Positions 60,501-64,000 of a stretch of 64,000 bases of DNA are shown in pieces. The notes under the pieces are model-generated. The model ran no database searches. It was not told where the DNA came from and was given only the letters and a program-made list of their open reading frames with translations. Source of the DNA: Bilabrum cf. latius (lineage: Eukaryota). Location: positions 62,001 to 126,000 of the forward strand of contig OZ237744.1 of the NCBI GenBank assembly GCA_965178125.1. Reading direction: 5' to 3'. The translations under genes and the position numbers were made by a program. The stretch's first letter is position 1, and every line of letters starts with the position of its first letter.

Positions 60501-63500
60501 TGCAGCCCTGAAGGATCCACCGCCAACAAAGATTGCAGCATGGGTGTACCATCGCTGACGTCGCCTGACTCATCCGGACGGGTCGCAGTCACCAGATCCA
60601 GCAGAGCCGCAGCCCCACTGCTTCGAGAAAACGCGTCAAACCAAGCCCTGCCTCGGGTCTAGGATGAAGATGAAGACGATCCTTCTTTAGAACCCGCCTT
60701 TACAACCGCACCAGTTATCCCCAATACTGCCGCTGCCCCCGCATCGACTCGTGCTGGCGAGCCAGCTGATTTACCCTTGGTGCCTGCACCACGATCGGCT
60801 GGTTTCCCCGCCGCAGCCTTCCCATCCTTACTATCAGCCTCCTCCGCTTCCTTCTCCTTCTCCCTTGCAGCTTCCAGCATCCGCACCTCTAACGCCTGCA
60901 GACCGAGCAATAGCCGCAGAGACGGGGTGAAACCGCCACCTTCCCCGGTTCCCCACAGTCTCGACCACTGCTCCGGTCCCTTCTCATCCGAGCACGCCAG
61001 CTGCTTGATGGGCTTTGCTCCCGATGGAATAGAAGCTACCGTGCTTGCAAGGGAACCTTCCTTCTCGTCGGCCGCAGGATCGGACCCGACCAGTAGCCCG
61101 CCGTGCTTTGCCACATCCTCATTGAACTGGAAGGCAGGGCACTTCCCTTTCCGTAGCATCTTCAGGATAGCATCTGGCAGAGGGAAGAGCGATAGCAGTC
61201 GCCAAGCAAGAGCGCCCAGGCGCGCACCTGCAAGCTGCAACGAGCTGCGAGGCCGGGGTGTGCCCGAAGCATCTGCCACGACGCACCGGGACACGTCGCT
61301 GTCCGCATCTGCAAGGGTCAGCAGGGCAACTATGGCGGAGCATGCGGCGGGGTGTTCCGATAGGACTCCAGCAAATGCAAGCCGCGCGTCCGTTTCATCC
61401 ATCCCTGCATGCGGCGACCACGCATCCACAGGGACGGCATGGGCCGCACTGGAAGAGTCCACGCCGAGGGCGACCCACCCGCCGGCGCTGACAGATTCAC
61501 CGGCATCCGATCTGAGGGCGCGGTCTTGCACTGCAGTGCCATGCATCGAACCGATCCCAAACTCCCTAATACGCTTAGCCTGGATGTTGTCGATTGCGTC
61601 CCCGCCCGTTTTTCTCGACAGCAAGGTGGGCTGAGCCGGCCTCTGCCTCCATTCGAGTGCCCTTAGCATTTGCTCTGCCGGTGGGACCTCGTCGCCGGTC
61701 CCTGCAGCAGCAGGGGGGCCCAGCAGCGAGCCGCTGCCAGCGGCGCTAGCCCCTTCGTCTGCACTCGAACCTACCTTGTTCCCCACATCAGGTTCCGTCT
61801 CCTCTTCTTCGCCATCCAACGCGGTATCTTGCGCTGGACTCAGGAGCAGCTCGGCTCGAAGATTGGCCATGATGCCAACCGCAGATATCTCGACGATGTC
61901 GAAATCGACAGGGATAGGGGTGGCATCGCCCGCAGTCTTTCTAAGCCGTACTCGGGTCACGCGCCAGCCTGCATCCTTTGCGATGACCTTGCGCATGTCG
62001 CCCACCGTTGCGTCGGGAGGAACACGAACCTCATGCCTGATGAATAGCGGCTTGCCTCTCTTTCCCGCCCTGCCGCCTTTGCTTGGCTCCATTCGCTCCA
62101 TCTATATATTGACAGTGTACGCCTTGGTCTTCTATTTCCGATCATACACGTACCTGGTCCACTTGAGCTGACTGCTCTGCACTGGGTGCGATGACTTGCT
62201 GCCTGGAGAGTTGGGCTTGGTGCCCATTGTGCTCAGGTCGGCACTGCCACTCCCAGACGACGAGGACTTCCCCGCAGACGAGCCAAGCGTTCCGTCCCTG
62301 ATCGATCGCAGGGAAGGCACCTGTCCGTGACGTCGACCACCTGAGCCGCCACCGGTGAACTGGCTGGGGTGCTGCCTGGGGTCGAACCCGCCTCCGTGGC
62401 GGCTGGCCGCGCTACGTCGAGCAGCAGCCGCGAGGCCGCCCTCCCCGCCCGCCGGAGCGCCTCCACCCGTCGCCCCGGAGCGATCTGCCATCGACAGGCG
62501 ATTCATGATTGCCCGGCCAAACCGGATTAGGAGAGACAGAGCGGGGCCTGCCCTCCGCAAAACATCCCGGCACACCGTCTATACCCTGGATCTATCACAT
62601 TCGCTACCCGAGCCAGCGCCACGGACAGTGAGGCCCGCCTTGTGCGATATCTCAACGCCGTAACTCAGCAGCACCGCGGTCACTCGCCTCAAGCACTCCA
62701 TGGTAAAGTCGCGCCACGTGGCTCTGTAGCCGAACTTGTGCCTCTGGTTCCGCTTGATGTGCAGGTGGCACGCGAGAAGGAGAGCACGTGCGTGCTGTAC
62801 GCTGCTGCACTTGGCACCGCCCGTGCCCCCAGTCTCCAAGGTCTCGAGGGGTTCGCCCGCCTCGTTCACGCCTAGAATGTCATCTCTGTGGAAACAAGAT
62901 ACCCTCCCGCCGTCCCTGCCCCGCAGCACCGCCTGCACTAGGTCGTGCAAGGGAGAGGGTGCCACCGGCGAGCTCTCTGTCCCGTTCCCAAGCGGGACAA
63001 AGTCAGCAGGTTCCAATGCATCGGGGCGCAAGCTAAACGTCCACAGAGCGTCAACGCCGCTAATCTCAAGAAGGGGCCGGTTCGGCTGCAGGTCCAAGTC
63101 CTGTGGGAGCAGCCCGACGCCCCGCGCCCCCGCCGTGGGGTCAGCGTCTGTACCCCCACCGGCAGCCTTGAATGCCTGCAGCTCCCCATTCATCCTCCCA
63201 AACATCCTCCAGAGCGCTCGGAACAGCCTGAACGTCGACATCCGCAACGATCCCGCGAAGTATGCAGCATGAGGCTCAGGCTTACTGAGACAGTCTTGCA
63301 AATCAGCAATACCTCCACTACTGCCGTCACCAGCCCCGGAGGCAGCTGCGTCCGACAGTGTCGCGCCCTTGGACAAGACCAAGTCGATTGGCAGAGCGAC
63401 GCCCAGCGTTGCGTCTTGAGGCTCACTACCATCTCCTGTCTGACCAGGTGCAGTGCCTTGAATTGCGGGGAGAACCTTGCCAACATACAGCACCTGCGCT

Positions 63501-64000
63501 TCCTCAACGTCGATAAAGTCGTTGCACGTGGTCGACGAGGCCCCGACAGGCAGCGAGTACAGAGGCAGCCCGCTGCGTACGAAGTCCATGCAGGCCTTCG
63601 CCTCGCGCGGCTCGACAGCCTGCAGCACCATCACGGTCCACATCTTCTCCAGCTGCCCCGCGGGCACCTTGGCCTGGCTGGCCACTAGGACGTACTTGAG
63701 GAAGGACAGCCTGTCCTCGATGCCCGCCTGCAGCGCGCCGCAGCTGCGACCATTCGTGGCATCGCCCGGCACGTCCACGGACGATAAATCACCGAACTTC
63801 ATCAGGTCTCCAGAGCTGAGGCGCCCGTCGAGGAGCCGCTCCAGCGCCCACTCCCTTGCTTGTGCAAGCGAGGGCACCGGAGTGCCGGGACCTCCATGGC
63901 TCCCGTCCTCAGACTTGCGCATGGCAGACCAAGCCGACAGCTCGAAGAGTTTCCTGCGGTCAGGCAGGGCACCAACGCCACCCATCGCGTCTCTCTTCGC
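54530..64000 (-). CDS. Large ubiquitin carboxyl-terminal hydrolase (USP9/USP24/USP34-like, peptidase C19), >3150 aa, 5' end outside the window
   Basis: Cys box GFVGLHNLGSTCYMNSSLQQFFMI, QQDASEF, LHLRRFAFD, His box LSGVVIHRGTAQAGHYYSLIRDR and WFEFND. Single frame from the window edge through TAG at 62579, 62132, 62102, 60659, 59972, 59918, 58394, 57347, 55868 and 55817; ends TAA. Confidence 0.92.

Noticed and set aside
1-64000. Mass pseudogenisation or sequencing noise as the cause of fragmented ORFs
   Set aside because: Interruptions are exclusively TAG and frame-preserving, catalytic motifs and splice sites are intact, and random decay would also yield TAA, TGA and frameshifts.
1-64000. Ciliate-type code (UAA and UAG both Gln) or context-dependent all-stop reassignment
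   Set aside because: No internal in-frame TAA or TGA was found in the intact genes. TAA ends the phosphate carrier, histidine kinase, USP and Tmc-like genes at plausible C-termini.
1-64000. Pyrrolysine insertion or A-to-I editing (UAG to Trp) at TAG sites
   Set aside because: TAG sites are numerous, mostly in polar or disordered contexts and Gln runs, and not at catalytic or Trp-type positions. U-to-C editing to CAG cannot be excluded from DNA alone but is less parsimonious; RNA-seq would decide.
1-64000. Bacterial or phage origin with recoded TAG
   Set aside because: Spliceosomal GT-AG introns split conserved motifs, and the genes (mitochondrial carrier, USP, RING, AGC kinase) are eukaryotic.

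Overview
GC-rich, gene-dense nuclear DNA from a microbial eukaryote. It has 12 inferred GT-AG introns of 84-329 nt. The gene content (leishmanolysin, TmcB/C-like PAS protein, hybrid histidine kinase, giant ARM protein) fits a heterotrophic protist, possibly a stramenopile; the taxonomy is inference only. The dominant signal is a non-standard nuclear genetic code. By hand count, about 84 in-frame TAG codons interrupt 12 of the 13 reconstructed genes without a frame change, often inside conserved domains. All 12 true gene ends in view are TAA (4) or TGA (8). Context points to UAG = Gln with UAA still a stop, so UAA and UAG are decoupled: TAG sits inside CAG runs, aligns to Gln in a neighbouring ARM repeat, and gives an M-G-Q kinase N-terminus. 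Read with this code, the fragmented ORF track collapses into: leishmanolysin-EGF membrane protease (3' partial), frameshifted nucleoside-hydrolase-like gene, secreted beta-helix (pectate-lyase-3/GH55-like) protein, mitochondrial phosphate carrier, AGC kinase, transmembrane RING protein, translin-family protein, GT8 glycosyltransferase, TmcB/C-like PAS protein, a hypothetical protein, a ~4760-aa ARM protein, a ~1890-aa hybrid histidine kinase with a poly-Cys tract, and a USP9/24/34-like deubiquitinase (5' partial). No tRNA, rRNA or CRISPR array was recognised.
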